The notes beneath the pieces were generated by a model. The model was not told the DNA's origin, ran no database searches, and worked only from the letters and a program-made list of their open reading frames with translations. Positions 26,233-39,628 of a stretch of 64,000 nucleotides of DNA are shown here, in pieces; position 1 is the first letter of the stretch; the number at the start of each line of letters is the position of its first letter. Where the stretch lies: NCBI RefSeq assembly GCF_009914755.1, contig NC_060929.1, one strand, 5' to 3'. A program made the position numbers and the translations under genes. The stretch is from the human T2T-CHM13v2.0 reference genome, Homo sapiens.

Positions 26233-28185
26233 CAATGATTCTTTTACTTTTCATTGTCATCAAGGGGAAAAATATCTTTTAAAAGTAGTGGAGAGTAACC
26301 ATCCAGTGATCTTTCTAGACCTCATGGCTGATGTTGGCTCGATGACCCAGAATAAATGCTTTGAACCAACATTAGTTTTATACTTAGGGCACACCCATAG
26401 GAACCTATTATATTTGCAACTGGTTACACTTTAATCAATCCCAGGCAGCTGAAGTAAGTCACACAGTTTACATCTCTTGCTTAACATAAGCTGAGATATA
26501 TTTCCTGAAATATTATTAGTCCTGGAGTGATTTTCCAGGCAGCCAATGCCAAGGTTTATTTATTTTTAAAGAAGTCTGAATGTTATCAATATTTGACTTT
26601 GCTAATAAGATATTTGAAGAATTTCCTTATTTTTTCTCTTTGTATATGATTTAAATAGAGTAAAAGCCTAATATTTTAGAATCACATGATTATTTATATG
26701 CAAATTAGATTGAGGTTACCTTACCAAATTCATTTGTTATTATTCAAGTACATACCGTTTTACTGGTCAAAGGTTTAGATTCTGTTCCTTCTAATTGATC
26801 AGTCTGATTGCTTTGCTGGTACAGAAGCTACCTCTGCGTGAGTGTCTGCATTGTAGATTTCTGCAGAGGTGCAGATGAGCTATAGATCTGCCGATTTGGC
26901 TTATAGATCTCCACCCCTCCTGCCATGCCAGCTCCTTCTTTACTTTTAAGTGCACTTCAAACACAGCATAAAGGTGGTTTGGAACTCAAATAAAACAGAA
27001 CTTTGTTGAAGCTGTTAGTAGAAAAGGCAATACTTTATAATTTGGGCATAGACTCAATGTCAATTTCCCAAAAATTGTAGCAAAATTCTACTTACGAAAT
27101 GTAATCAATAATTGCCTAAAAACATTCTGTTGTACTCGGAGAATGTGTCTGTCTTCTAAAATGGTGTTTTAATTTTTAGGATTGCTGTTTTAGAGAATTG
27201 AAGATCCTTCATCTTCAAGAATCTGAAATCTACCATGATCTTCACATGTAGCCAAACACAATGGGATGTAGTCATTTAAGAGTGCTGTGAAGGCAGTGTA
27301 TGTGTACACAGAAGCCCAAAAGGCTAAAATTGGGTGGAGAAGGAGAGAAAGTTGGGTAAAAAATGAAGTCATCATAGTTGGGTGGACAGATACTTGATCA
27401 GTGGGCCAGACACACCACCACATGACCACGGCAAAGCGGCAGACATCACTCCATCCTTGGTCCCACATTTTAAGAGAGAAATAGCAATAACTGTTCCAAT
27501 TTTATCTCCTGCATATTTGTTAAGGGATAATCTACAAAACAGGCACATCGACTTGGAGGTCGTAGATGAAAGCTAACTGACTATAGAGCACTAAATTTTT
27601 AAATTCCAACCCAAAGACAAATAGACTTCATATTTTACATTACTCTGATGTGGAATGAGAAAAGAGCTCTAGTGACATTTCAATTTATCATAGCTAATCA
27701 TATGAACATTATTATATAAATGGGGATTCTAAAGCACTAGGTTTTAAAAAGCCTTAAAGGATAATTTTAAAATACCCTCAAAAATGTATAAAGCCATGCA
27801 CGGAAATCCTTATGTCTCCCAATTTCTTGCTGAAGTGTCAAAACCAATGCAACATGAAAAGAAATTATCGAATTTGTAAAATATAAAGAGGGTGTAGTTA
27901 TGTGCCTGAAACGTGGAGCAGCTTTGGCAGAAGACTGAGCAGTCACAACCTACTCGCTATTGGGAAGCCTCTGTAGAAAGAGGGGCAGTGCCTCTCAGCC
28001 CCCGAATTTCCAGGGCCCATGAGAAGGTCTTGGATCCAGGTGTCTGAGGACCAAAGATGAGCTGAGTGAGCAGAAATTCTTCTTGGTCATGTTCACCCAG
28101 GTTTGGGGGAGGGTACACTCAATGCATCACCAAAGGAGTGCTGTCAATTGTTAATGTCTTCATCAATGAATGTAAGCAAACTAAA

Positions 28186-28380
28186 CTGCTAAAAATACAA
28201 AAATACTAAATACCCTACTAAAAATACAAAAATTAGCTGGTTGTGGTGGTGCACACCTGTAATCCCAGCTACTCAGGAGGCTGAGGCTGGAGGATCTCTT
28301 GAACCTGCCAGGTGGAAGCTGCAGTGAGCCTGGAACATGCCAATGCACTCCCACCTGAATTACAGGAGTGAGACCCTATA
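28186..28380 (+). mobile_element. Alu right-arm fragment (old, AluJ-like)
   Basis: CTACTAAAAATACAAAAATTAGCTGG...TAATCCCAGCTACTCAGGAGGCTGAGG...GAGACCCT. Confidence 0.85.
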
Positions 28381-28993
28381 AATTTAGAGGGAAAATAGAA
28401 AAACTTAAAACATTAAAACCACTATGCTAACCCTGCCATGAGCACAAAACAATATGGAAGAAACAAAGCATTCTGGGAAATAAAAATCTGACTTCCAAAG
28501 TTTAAAATGTAATAGAAGTAAATAACATACAAGCTACCACAAAAATCTAATTAATGAATTAGAAAGTTAGTTTAAAAACCTCCTATTATTTAGAGAAGAG
28601 GTAGAAAATAGCTTTCATCTTGTGCACCAATTATTACTGATTGATAGTGGTTGCCTATGTTAAGAAAGATTCTGAGGTACTGCTTGGGTACCAATTCCAT
28701 GGTTTGACTCCTGAATTTCAATTAAACATCACTGAGGGACTATTTAATATAAAGAAAATAAAACCTACATCTACTTGGAATAGACAATTTTCCTGCAAAG
28801 AAACCAGAATCAAATTGGTTTAGATGTCTGTGCAGCCATATTTACCTAATTCTAAGGGAAAATGATTATGACTCTTGAGTTCAACACTCAACTAACCCTC
28901 ATACATGTGCAACAGCCAAAATTAATTAAAAATTACATAAATAAAATAGGAAATATATCATTTAATACCTCTTTTAACACATGAATTTTTTAA

Positions 28994-29187
28994 ATTTTTT
29001 ATTATTATACTTTAAGTTCTAGGGTACATGTGCACAACGTGCAGGTTTGTTACATATGTACACATGTGCCATGTTGGTTTGCTGCACCCATTAACTCGTC
29101 ATTTACATTAGGTATTTCTCCCAATGCTATCCCTCCCCCATCCCCCAACCCCACAACAGGCCCCGGTGTGTGATGTTCCCCGTCCTG
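28994..29187 (-). mobile_element. Short L1PA 3' end (~200 bp)
   Basis: TTATACTTTAAGTTCTAGGGTACATGTGCACAACGTGCAGG...; 19-bp TSD TAACACA(T/C)GAATTTTTTAA at 28975-28993 and 29188-29206. Confidence 0.95.
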
Positions 29188-29489
29188 TAACACACGAATT
29201 TTTTAAGTGAACCAGGATAAAGAAATCAATAAAGAGGAAAGGATGGTACAGAAGAAAGATATCCGACAAATGGACAACATTAAAGCATTTATTTAAACAG
29301 AAACAATTGCCATGCATGTATTTTTGAAGCTTAATGCAAATACTTTAAAAACATTCTTGCTTTATACTTAAAATTTAAATTTGCACTGAAATGTTATATG
29401 ACCTCACTCCAAACTCAGAAATGGTACCTGGATAAGGGAAGAAGAGTAATACTCATCCAGGAGGTATTATTTCACTCTTGATGTTAATT

Positions 29490-29790
29490 AAGAAATCGAG
29501 ATTCAACTATATGTTCTTTCAAAATGTGAGTGTGAAATTGCAGAACGGAAAACCTTTTCAAAAAGTCCTCCAAGGAAGGCTGAGGCTTCCGCTGGGAACG
29601 AAGAACCAAAATGAAGGATATGGAGTGAGGCGACAAGATGGCGACCACATACGGTTTGAGTTCTAGCTGTCAACGTCCCGATGAATTCTTTCTTTTTAGA
29701 GGTGCTTTCCCCAGGCGATTCTTGGTCAGCCTCTCCGCCAAAGAAGAAAACACCCATGTCAGTGACACTTCCTGTGATTCGTTCTGCTGC
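29490..29790. promoter_or_regulatory. CpG-retaining segment with a YY1-type motif
   Basis: CAAGATGGCGAC at 29634-29645; about 12 CpG in 300 bp of apparently unique sequence. Confidence 0.4.
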
Positions 29791-30914
29791 CCTCCTGGAA
29801 TAAAACTAAATTAATCTATCCTTTTGGGGAGACTCTTTTCATGTGTTTGCTGACTTGCATTTAAACGGTTTCCTTTAAAATTGTTTTTTTAATATGGATG
29901 TTTCAGTGACCAAAAATAGAAGAGTTCGGTTTCTTCTACTGCAAAGAACATGTTCACCTTGTGGATAGCAAAACGGTTGAGCTTTTTATAAACTCCCCAG
30001 ACCACCTCCAGCCATTTGTGCAAATTAACACGGGGCTAAACTTGGAAACCTGATCTAGTAATTCAAAGTAAAATAATTAAGAAATAAGCATGGTTGTAAA
30101 TTATAAGTAAAATGAAATATGTTCATTTTAATTTAATTTAGAATTTGTTCAATATTAATGACACATATTTACAGAAACTGAATTGGAAACATAGTAATTA
30201 TAAATAATGGGAAGAGAGAGTTTTCCTTTTTAATCTAATATGCTTAGTCAATGTCTTAAAGGTTGGCAAAGTCAAGAGCTGCAGACCTAAGGCAGCTGGC
30301 AATCTGCCTATGGAACTTCTAGAGACAAAAGGAAATTAGTTACTATTTAAACACCAACCAATGGGGCTTTGGGAAAAGAAGATTCCAGGCTCTGATTCCC
30401 CCTGGGACCCTCCTAAGCCTTCCCAGGGTGCTCAGGCAGAAAATGCAGAGAGCACTGTGCACCAGGATGTTATTAAAATAATTTAAAAATACAAGCCCCA
30501 GGAAGCTGCGAATTGGGAGAGGAGTTACACACTGATAATAAATATTTTTGTAAAGCTTAACAGAAGAAGAAAAACTGCCCTGTGAACAAAACTGACTACA
30601 ATTTCCCCTTTTAATTTTAACATTGATCAAGTAAATTTGCAAAATCTGAGATTATATGCCCAGCTAAGTGTACACTAAGTGTACATGAGCATGTGTGCAC
30701 ATACAGAGGCACACGGGAAACTTCCCATGCTACGGGAGGCTTGATGAGAAAAATAAGAGAACAGAAAGTGGATGAGACCATGAAACATGGCCATTGTGGG
30801 AGAAGAGGCAGTTGGACTGAACGAGACAGATACTACCTAGGCTATGGAGCTTCTGTCAGTTCTGGAGCAAGTTAGCTCTGATCTGGATTTGAACTTGCTA
30901 CTCTAAGTCACATT

Positions 30915-30962
<48 letters not shown>

Positions 30963-30982
30963 CTATATATATATATACCTAT
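30915..30982. repeat. (TA)n(CA)n microsatellite
   Basis: Direct reading of the sequence. Confidence 0.95.
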
Positions 30983-32506
30983 ATTGCTACAATTAACTGT
31001 GCAGCCAGATGTTAAATTTTGTTTTTTCTGGTCTCACCTGAGTCATCAAAGCTGAGAAGAACATGTCTCAATCATACCACATTCTGAAAAGAGATGCAGA
31101 ACTGTGCATACAGTACATGTGGTGGCCCAAACCTGGTTCTGAGACTATTCACTCACGTCCAGAGTATAATAGAGAATGTTAATGATTTACAGTGAGAAAA
31201 AGATTGAGGATTTATCAGGCAAAGTTATTGGAATGCTCTACATTCCTTTCTCACATCAAAACAAACAAGTGTCTTGGAGAGAAAAAATCAGAGAGCAAAG
31301 GTGATCTGCTGGAATGAAGACTCACATCTATCTCCCTACCCTCACCCCTGCTGGGGGCTTTCTGAGCTGCAGAAGCTCCCTGCGAAGCCCTAGGGGAGTT
31401 CTCTGGGGAGAGCATTCACTGTGCACCTCCCAGAGCGTGTAGGAGACCAACATTGACACTAGACTCTCATCTGGGCAGGTAGGAGCAGCCCCTGCTGGCC
31501 AGTTGAGGGGAGTTCTTGTGCCAGTGGTTGGGGCATGACACTGACCTGTCCCATGGCCCAAGAAGATCCTTCCAGAAATAGATAGGATTGCATAATGTGG
31601 AAGGCCCTGCCAAGAACCCTGCCTGCCAGGGGATGCAATTCTATCAGAAAGGAACTTTGGGGTATCCTGGAACAGAAGGCACAGGGTGCCACAATCAAGC
31701 GTAGGAGCAGAGCTCAGACTTTGCCAGGGAACCACAGGCTGAGTGGACAGCAGGTCTGTGAGGTTTCTACAGGTACCATGAGAGAAAGAGAGACAGAGCC
31801 AGCATGCCCCCCTCCTTGCCAGGAACATGGCACTAACCCAGATAGCTGCTGCCTCATCCAGAAAGACTTTCTAACCCTTTATGTCTCCACTTTCCAAGTC
31901 CTGACCTCCACCCAAAAGGAGGAGCGAGGAAAACCAGGCAGGCTGGCATCCTCCTGCTCCAAATTGTCAAGCTGGTGATGGTCTCTCCATAGGGAAGGAT
32001 GTATGCCTTGGGTGTTATGAGAAATTGAAACAGGAAACAGTCTCAACTTTCTAAATTGCTAAAAAATGAGCATGTCCTACTGAAACTAATGGAAAAGATG
32101 GGAAACCTGTTTGACAAAGTGTTCAAGGGTGAGACGGGAGATTTGAGAAGCTAAGAATGTGTCCAGAGGTGAGGCAAAAGACAGTGAAGTTAATTTCTTG
32201 TTTATGAACGGAAGTAAAATGTGCACCATGCTCATTCCCTAATGTGGGGTAATCATTCATAAGCATATCTTCATTTGTCTTCCTTAGGTTCTTAACAGTT
32301 GTCCCTTCTGTACAGTGCTATAGTTGTCATGGGTCCTGCCTATGGCATTAGGTTTTAGCACTCACAGTGGAGAACACAGGAGAAGGTCATCCTTGCCCAA
32401 AGACTTGCTCCAGCCTGTTTGCTCCACATTTAGCAGGCATAAATGTATAAGAGATCAACTAGGTTGTTGACTAAGGAGGAAAATTCCTATCATAAAGAAT
32501 AAAACA

Positions 32507-32807
32507 AGCCGGGCATGCTGGCTCATGCCTGTAATCTCAGCACTATGGGAGGCCAAGGCAGGTGGATCAATTGAGGTAAGGAGTTTGAGACCAGCCTGGC
32601 CAACATGGTCAAACCCCGTCTCTACTAAAAATACAAAAATTAGCTGGATGTGGTGGCAGGCGCCTATAATTCCATCTACTCAGGAGGCTGAGGCACGAGA
32701 ACGCTCGAACCTGGGAGGCGGAGGTTGCAGTGAGATGAGATGGCACCACTGCACTTCAGCCTGGGTGATAGAACAAGACTCAGTCTCAAAAAATAAAAAA
32801 ATAAATG
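32507..32807 (+). mobile_element. Alu (AluS-like)
   Basis: Full dimer, A-rich tail, TSD-like AAAGAAT(A/C)AA. Confidence 0.93.
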
Positions 32808-33129
32808 AAAGAATCAACACTTCGGAGCAAATTATAGATATGGGAGTGGAAGGGGTGTATGTCAGAAATACCTTCAAGGATTCACGTTGAATCATTGACA
32901 GTGGTAATACCATTAAGAAAATTGGAAAAAAATCTATAGGGAATCTGTTTGGAGAGGCCCCTGACAAAGCTTTGCTTATGTGTGTTTACTGATGCCACGG
33001 ACATCCAAGCAGATGATAGGAGCAGAAGGCTAAAGAAGTTAAAGGTCAAGGAGTAATCCAAGGAGAGAAAGAAATGAGCCAACACTTAACCCATGTTTGA
33101 AGCTTGGGTGGTGAGAGAGAGAATGCGCT

Positions 33130-33980
33130 TCTAAGTTTAGGTCCTGTTTGTCATTAAAAAAGCTAGACTCATATTAATGTGTCAAGTGTTATAAATGTTA
33201 TGAAGAAAATCCTACAGGAACACAAATGAGGAAGTGATTCCTGCTGGGTGGGAGGCAGTCAAAATTTAGCCGACTCTTGAAGGATAGATGACAGATATGA
33301 GGATAGACCTCAGGAGGGAGCTTCCAGCAGAAGCTGTGATGTGATGCCAGCTGTAGAGGCAGGAAGCCCAGGGCGGCTCACGCTGCCAGCCTCTGGGGTC
33401 TGAGGAGGGCATACAGCAAAGCAACTTGGTGGGGATAGGTGTCACCAGATCAGATGAGAGACAAGGACTTGTATCTGGTACTAATTTTTGTGAAGTAATG
33501 GGTCTATCTATGGTGCTAAGACAGGCAGAGGGCTTTGATGAGAACTGAAGGTTTTTTGGAACAAAGCAACAAAGATGATAAGGATGATAGCTGGAGAGAT
33601 GAAGAAAGAGTCCTCCTCCTCTCCAGAAGGGTTTCTGTGGGAGCTCATGGCAGTGGGAGCTCATGGCAGAGTGATAATAAGAGCACAGCCAGCACCGTGG
33701 CAAAGGGGAGGGCAAGGGAGAGGCACACAGGCTCAGGGACAGATCAATTGCCAGGCGAAGGAAACCAGGTGAAACTGAAGACAGCTGTCAGTTGTTGAGC
33801 CTAAACCTCAGAATCATGGTGAGGAGCATGTTAAGTAACAACAAGCAAAGACTCGGTCTTGTATTGGACATGAATACAAGGCATTGCTGGGACACCTAGA
33901 TGCACACCTGGAGCCAGCTGAACGAAGGTAGAGAGAGAAAGTTGAGACTGCACTTGAGACGGGAGAGTTGAAGCCATAGA
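33130..33980 (-). mobile_element. Patchy L2 fragments
   Basis: GACTCTTGAAGGATAG..., TTGGACATG...GGGACACCTAG, antisense-L2-like text. Confidence 0.45.
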
Positions 33981-33986
33981 CCTTAG

Positions 33987-34165
33987 ATGGGTGGTTCTCG
34001 GACTTCAGCCCACTGCAGCAGCACCTGGAGGACTCCTTACAGCACAGACTGCTGGACCCACACCCAGAGCTTCTCAGCCAGCAGGGCTGGGAGGAAATTG
34101 GCACTTCCTGTGCAGGAGATACTGGTGCTGCTAGTTGTCTGGGGACCACACTTTAGAACTACTGC
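33987..34165. mobile_element. MER5A (hAT-Charlie MITE)
   Basis: GTGGTTCTC...CACCTGGAG...CACAGACTGCTGG...GGGGACCACACTTTAGAACTACTG. Confidence 0.75.
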
Positions 34166-34185
34166 CTTAAAAGTCACTGAGGAGG

Positions 34186-34416
34186 CAGTGGCTCAAAGTG
34201 TGGTCTCTGGACAACTAGCAGCACAAGTTCTTTCTATGGGGAAAGAACTGAAAAGAACTGAAACAAAAACAGGCCCCCGCCCTCAAGAGGGGGGAAAAAA
34301 AGTCAGCCCTGTTCCCCTGAGAGTCTGATTTAGTTGGCCTGGGCCCAGATGATGTCATTGGTATTTTTATTGCTCTCCAGGTGGTTCTGACATGCTTCCA
34401 GGGTTGAGAAACACTG
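34186..34416. mobile_element. MER5-family element
   Basis: CAGTGGCTCAAAGTGTGGTC...TCCAGGTGGTTCTGAC...GTTGAGAAACACTG. Confidence 0.65.
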
Positions 34417-35779
34417 ATTAAGGAGGAGAAAAGAAAGCAATTTATTTAAAAATTTTTAAAAGAAACAGACAAAAAGCCCACTTTTTTTGGCACTGATCTA
34501 ATTCTCTTTTCTTTCCTCAGGAAAAGCAGTTGAAATACCATTAGTTAACAGATTGCCCAATGAAGTCGATGACAACTGTGATAACAAGTTACTCACTATC
34601 ACAGCGTCTCCAAGAGATGAACAGTGGATGATGCTTCCAAAGCACAGATGTCCCTCTCCTCCTCAACCTTCTCTCCCCAGAAAGATGTCAACACTGTGGA
34701 GATTGTGCTATGAAGATACCTGGTGTGGCATTGCAATAGATGAAATATTAAGGGCAATTCAACAATTTTCTGAACAAATACATGGATTTAACTTGAAGTT
34801 GAATTTAATTTGACTTCAAGAAAAATTATATTTCTGGTCCTCCTATGATCATGCACTAAGAATTATTTAACTGCAGATACAATTGTTACCTTTAGAGCTA
34901 GAAGGCCTCATTTTAGAATTAAAATGAATGGCAACCCAGACAGATAAAGTCGAGTCGTGATCATCCCACTGCGGAGGCAGAGCCAGTGCTGGCCATCCCC
35001 CGACCACCCCAACACACTCCAGGTCTCACACATTTAATCTCTCTCTCTGCCAAGGGAATTTTTTCTTTCCATTTATTCTTAGAAACAACTAAGGGAGTTT
35101 TAAGTTAAATACATGCTGCCAAATTGAATCCAAGGAAACTAAAGTCAAATATATTAGCAAACACTTAATGTCCTCTCCATTTTGACATTTCTCCCTCAAT
35201 TCCTATTTCTGAGTAAAGGCTGTTCAGATGAATAAAAACATATTTTCAGAAATCTGAGCTCATAAGACCTATAGGTCTGTGAAGTCACAGACCGTGCACT
35301 GTCAGCAGTCAGCAATTCTGCTGGGTTGAATTGGCATGTTTCAAACTATGTATTTTTGTTAAAAAAAAAAAAAAGGTGTGTAAATGCATTTACAAAATAG
35401 TTTGTACTCTTTCCCAGTAATTCATAGTTGCCTTCACAGCACCCAGTTCCGGATTTCACACCAAGCCTTTGCTGAGGATATGAGAGTAATAAAAAGGGGA
35501 GCCCTGGTTCTTCCTCTCCTTTAGTGTCTTTCCTGGAAGTGGACTGCGAGAAGAGCTTCTTCAGCCACCTTCTGCCTGCAGACAACCTCCATGAGTTTGC
35601 TTTAGAAGAAGGCTTCAATTTGAAGAAAGTCAAATAAAACAAGGTAGACTATCATTCCCATAGATGCAAAAGAAGGTGAACCCAGATTCAGATCCTAAGT
35701 CAGCCATTCTGCAGGGAACTCTTAGGTGTCCAGGTCAGAGGCTCTACTCAAACTGCCTCATCAATATTGATTCCTCAGT

Positions 35780-35935
35780 TGTTGCAAATATACCACACTC
35801 ATGCACGTTGTTAATAATAAAAGGGGAACTGTAGAGGACGGGGTGGTGTATATGAGAACTCTGTACTTTCTGTGTAATTTTTCTATAAACCTAAAATAGC
35901 TCTAAAAATAAAGTTTATTCAGAAACAAAAAAATT
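35780..35935 (+). mobile_element. L1M 3' end fragment
   Basis: GTTAATAAT...GGGGAACTG...GAACTCTGTACTTTCTG...TAAACCTAAAA...CTAAAAATAAAGT. Confidence 0.7.
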
Positions 35936-36182
35936 AATCATCTATCCTGAGTAAATATTATATAAGATTTATCTAAGTTTTTACCTACTTCTTCAAATGT
36001 GCTGACCTTTACTGAAAATCTTTTATACATTTTGAATATTCTTTTCACTCTATTGAAATGCAGTCCTCCTGGTAATTTTGTTTTGTACTGTATACCCAGT
36101 GTATTCTACATCACCAAAAGCTTTAGAGTAAGTTTCCCAGCCTACCAACCCCACTAAATGCCCACATGCTGAAAGCATAGTA

Positions 36183-36525
36183 CAATAGTCTCTTTAATAT
36201 CACAGGTTTCAACTGCACAGGTTCTTATATGTGGATTTCTTTTTTCAATCAATACATTGGAACAATTTTGGAGGTTTGCAACAATTTTTAAAAACTCACA
36301 GATGAATTGTGTAGCCTAGAAATATTTTTACAATTACAAAATGTTAGATATGTTATGAATGCATAAAATATGCACATTAATCTATTGTTTATATTATCAG
36401 TAAGGCTTCCAGTCAGCAGTAGGATATTAGTGATTCAGGTTTTGAGGAGTAAAAATTTATGCATGGATTTTTTTTTCTATGCAGAGTTTGGCTCCTTTAA
36501 TACCCCGCTGTTCCAGGGTGACTTG
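36183..36525 (+). mobile_element. Tigger2a/MER8-family (TcMar-Tigger) element
   Basis: GGTTTCAACTGCACAGG...TAGCCTAGAAATAT...ATCAGTAAGGCTTCCAGTCAGCAGTAGG...TGTTCCAGGGTGACTTG, flanked by TA. Confidence 0.8.
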
Positions 36526-39500
36526 TACACACTTATTTCTCTCTCTCACACACTCACATACACACACATCCACACACAGGCACATCCACATTACCAGAGG
36601 CCACATCAAAGAAACTTAAATGGAAAATCTCAGCAAATGGTATGAGGTGGGATTCTAGGATTTATTTTAAAAATAGTATTGAATGTTGTGTATGTGATAA
36701 TTCAAAGAATAAAATGGCTAACATAGAATGTGGAAAGGCATATTAAACGAATTCATTTCAGCCTATTTAACTGGAGTCACGAGAAGGAATTTTTAAAGAC
36801 TACTCATATATGCCCTTTTTTTTTATTAACCCTAACATAATGTAGATAGAATTTAAATTTCTATTATATTCCACATTTCACAATTGATTATGAAGTCAGA
36901 CTCCTAAGTAGCGGCTCTGTAGACTCAGCTCTCTCTTTTTTTCTAAGATGGGATTTCTCTGCTCATCAGGTCATTGTGTTTGCAATTGATCCTTGGAGAC
37001 AGCGACATCTGCGAAGCTTCCAAGCCACGGTGGTTCCACCTTCACAAGTATCCTTCAAAGGCATCCTGCAACCACCCCATCCATCCAAGTACTCCGTTGT
37101 AGGATTCAAAAGCAAATTGCAGGGTTTGCTGCCTGGCAGAGAAGCATAGACACAAAGCATGAGAGAGCAAAACCTATGAGTTGACCATATCATAAACACA
37201 AATAGATATATGCAGAATACCAGCTAAAAAATAGGCAATAAACTTAAACAATAGGACTATGAGTAGACATAGCAAGTGCTGGGTAGAGATGACAGTTTTG
37301 TGTCCTGTTAGAGCTAAGTCAGAAATCTGGGTCGAAGTGAATGTGAGGGAGGAAAAGGCCATTACAATATTTAAGAAGCAGCTCCAATATTTTTAAAACG
37401 TGAAGGAAAACTTGCAAGCAATCTCTAGGGCTGGAGGGAGAGAAATGCAAAGCCCTCTCAGCCTGCTCCACCATTATCTTTTGCATTCCAATAACTGACA
37501 TGCTGCTGAATGTTATGACTATTTGTTTATTGTTGACTGTTCTTGGCACTGCTCAGTGTAGCCAAAGATTCCTTGCCTACAAGAAAGTCTTGCTCAGACA
37601 ATAAACCACGGAGAAAGAAAATTGTCCTTGAGAATAAGGGCATTTCAGAGGGAAAGGAATTCCACCAGAGGCAAAGAAACCCCCGTCCACCGCAGAATTC
37701 GAGCTCAATATCTCCTATGTCTATCTGTGAAAGCCATCATGGAACTCAAGGGCAGGAGGGGGTGGTACACAATGGTTTGTATTGTAATCCCCTGTTTTCA
37801 GACACATTTTTCTGAAAGCATAAACTTTGCTGGCTAGGACTGTATAAACCTAGCGGGATTTTTTACTTTTTCTTGGAAGGCATTTGTCTCCCAGCATCAT
37901 AAAACTTAACAGTCTGCTTTCATAGTAACAGTGTGACCTTGTAGTCCCCGATCCTAAGTGTGTATGTGTACAATGTATAATTTCCCTTTGTTTCCTCTGA
38001 ATTCTCCCTCTCCATCCTTTGTCAGTCTAAACGGGCTTTCGTTTCTAATTTCTCTCTTTATTTTCTCCAGCAATGTACTAACTTTGCTTCTAGATTACCA
38101 CTGTGCCTGATTTTGAGGTTGCCATTTTAATTTTAGCAAAATGCTTGGATTTATGGGAATCATCAAAAAGGCAAGATCGTTGGGCTCGTTGCCCTTCCTG
38201 GGACTCTCTTTTCACTTTGGTGTCTGCTGTGTTAGTGATTTGATATCAGACCAATCCATGAACCCTTCATTTTAAACCAGGAGCCCAAGGGAAATAAATA
38301 ATGCCACCAGAGAGAAATGAGAACCCAAAAGCTATTACTAAAATGAAAACGTACTCTCTCTTAGACCTGGCAAATTGTACTAAGACATTCAGATAGTGTA
38401 TCCAAATGTTATTCAACCCACTCATAGCCATATTCCTTTGATGGCACTAAGGTGGTACTTAAAAAGGAGCAGGTTCCATCTCAGAATCCCCAGCATCATC
38501 CCAGATAATCAAGACCATGCATCCTCTTCAGGGATCCTGTTTCCCTGGCGGCTTCTCACCCCTGAGCCTCACTGCCCTGCTGTGCTCTTCATTACTCTTT
38601 CACTAACATGCAGAAACAATGCTTTTCTTTCCAGTGCCTTCAAAATTTGGCCAAATTCTCCACCAAACTTCACGAATTATTCATTACCTCACATCCTTTA
38701 TCCAGAACAACAAACGAACATGTGTTTCAGTGAGCTGAATATTCTGGCCCAGCCCTGCTCTGTCATGCCTGAATGACCATTTTTTAAAATGCCAAAGACG
38801 AGGAAAGATAAAACACTTCTAGGGCCATTTTGAGAGCTTGGTCTTGCAACCCTTCTCAGCCTCCTCCGACCCTTCTTTCTCTCTCCCTCATGCTCTGTGC
38901 TCTGCCTGTGTCTCGGCAGCCTCCTTTTTGACACTGACACAATCCCATGATCCAGGATACTGGCCTGGCTCCCCGCTGCCCAGGAAAGGAGGGGACACCT
39001 GGAAGTGCCTATAAGGCAGCTCTTCTAAGGTGGAGGGAGGTGGGAGGAAGCAAGGTAGATCAAAGATCCCCTCCCTCCCTCTCCAGAATTTTCTGAGGTG
39101 TGATCCCTCCCTTCAGCTCTCCTGGAGAAGTCCTATGGACCATAGGGCCACCTGCTGAGAGGCTGGTGGGCCTCCTGGGGGCTCCTGGAGCAGGGGCAAT
39201 GCTGGACATCACACCACTTCTGCTTCACAGTGTTCTTGTCTCACCTCCCTTTTCCTCCACCCCTCACCACCTCATGAAGGACTGGCACCTACTTCTCACC
39301 CCAGGCTCTGCTCTATGGGGGACGAAGGCTGGCTGAAATGTCCTTCCTGCGAGACATGAAGGTCAACCTTGGAGAGCTCCAGGGACATGAGCATTGAGCT
39401 GTCCAGCAATGTAGAAACGTGCACACTTCTCTGAGCTTCTGTGTGTCCCGACCTGTTGTTGAGTTTGGGGTGGAAAAATGGTGACCGACAATGAAACAGG

Positions 39501-39628
39501 AACCTCACAGCCTGTCAGTCACCAGGAAGGCAAGTGGACTTCTCCTCTGAGGAGCAGAGAGGAGAACCAACTGTGTGGCCTCTTTCTCAGGTTTAACTTC
39601 ATTGGAATAAAAGCTGCATATGGCACTG

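Noticed and set aside
31328-31978. 166-aa and 127-aa overlapping ORFs
   Set aside because: GC-richer stretch open on both strands, with no recognisable homology or convincing codon pattern
33814-34328. Cys/Ser-rich 111-aa ORF resembling a keratin-associated or metallothionein-like protein
   Set aside because: It overlaps MER5A and L2 repeats
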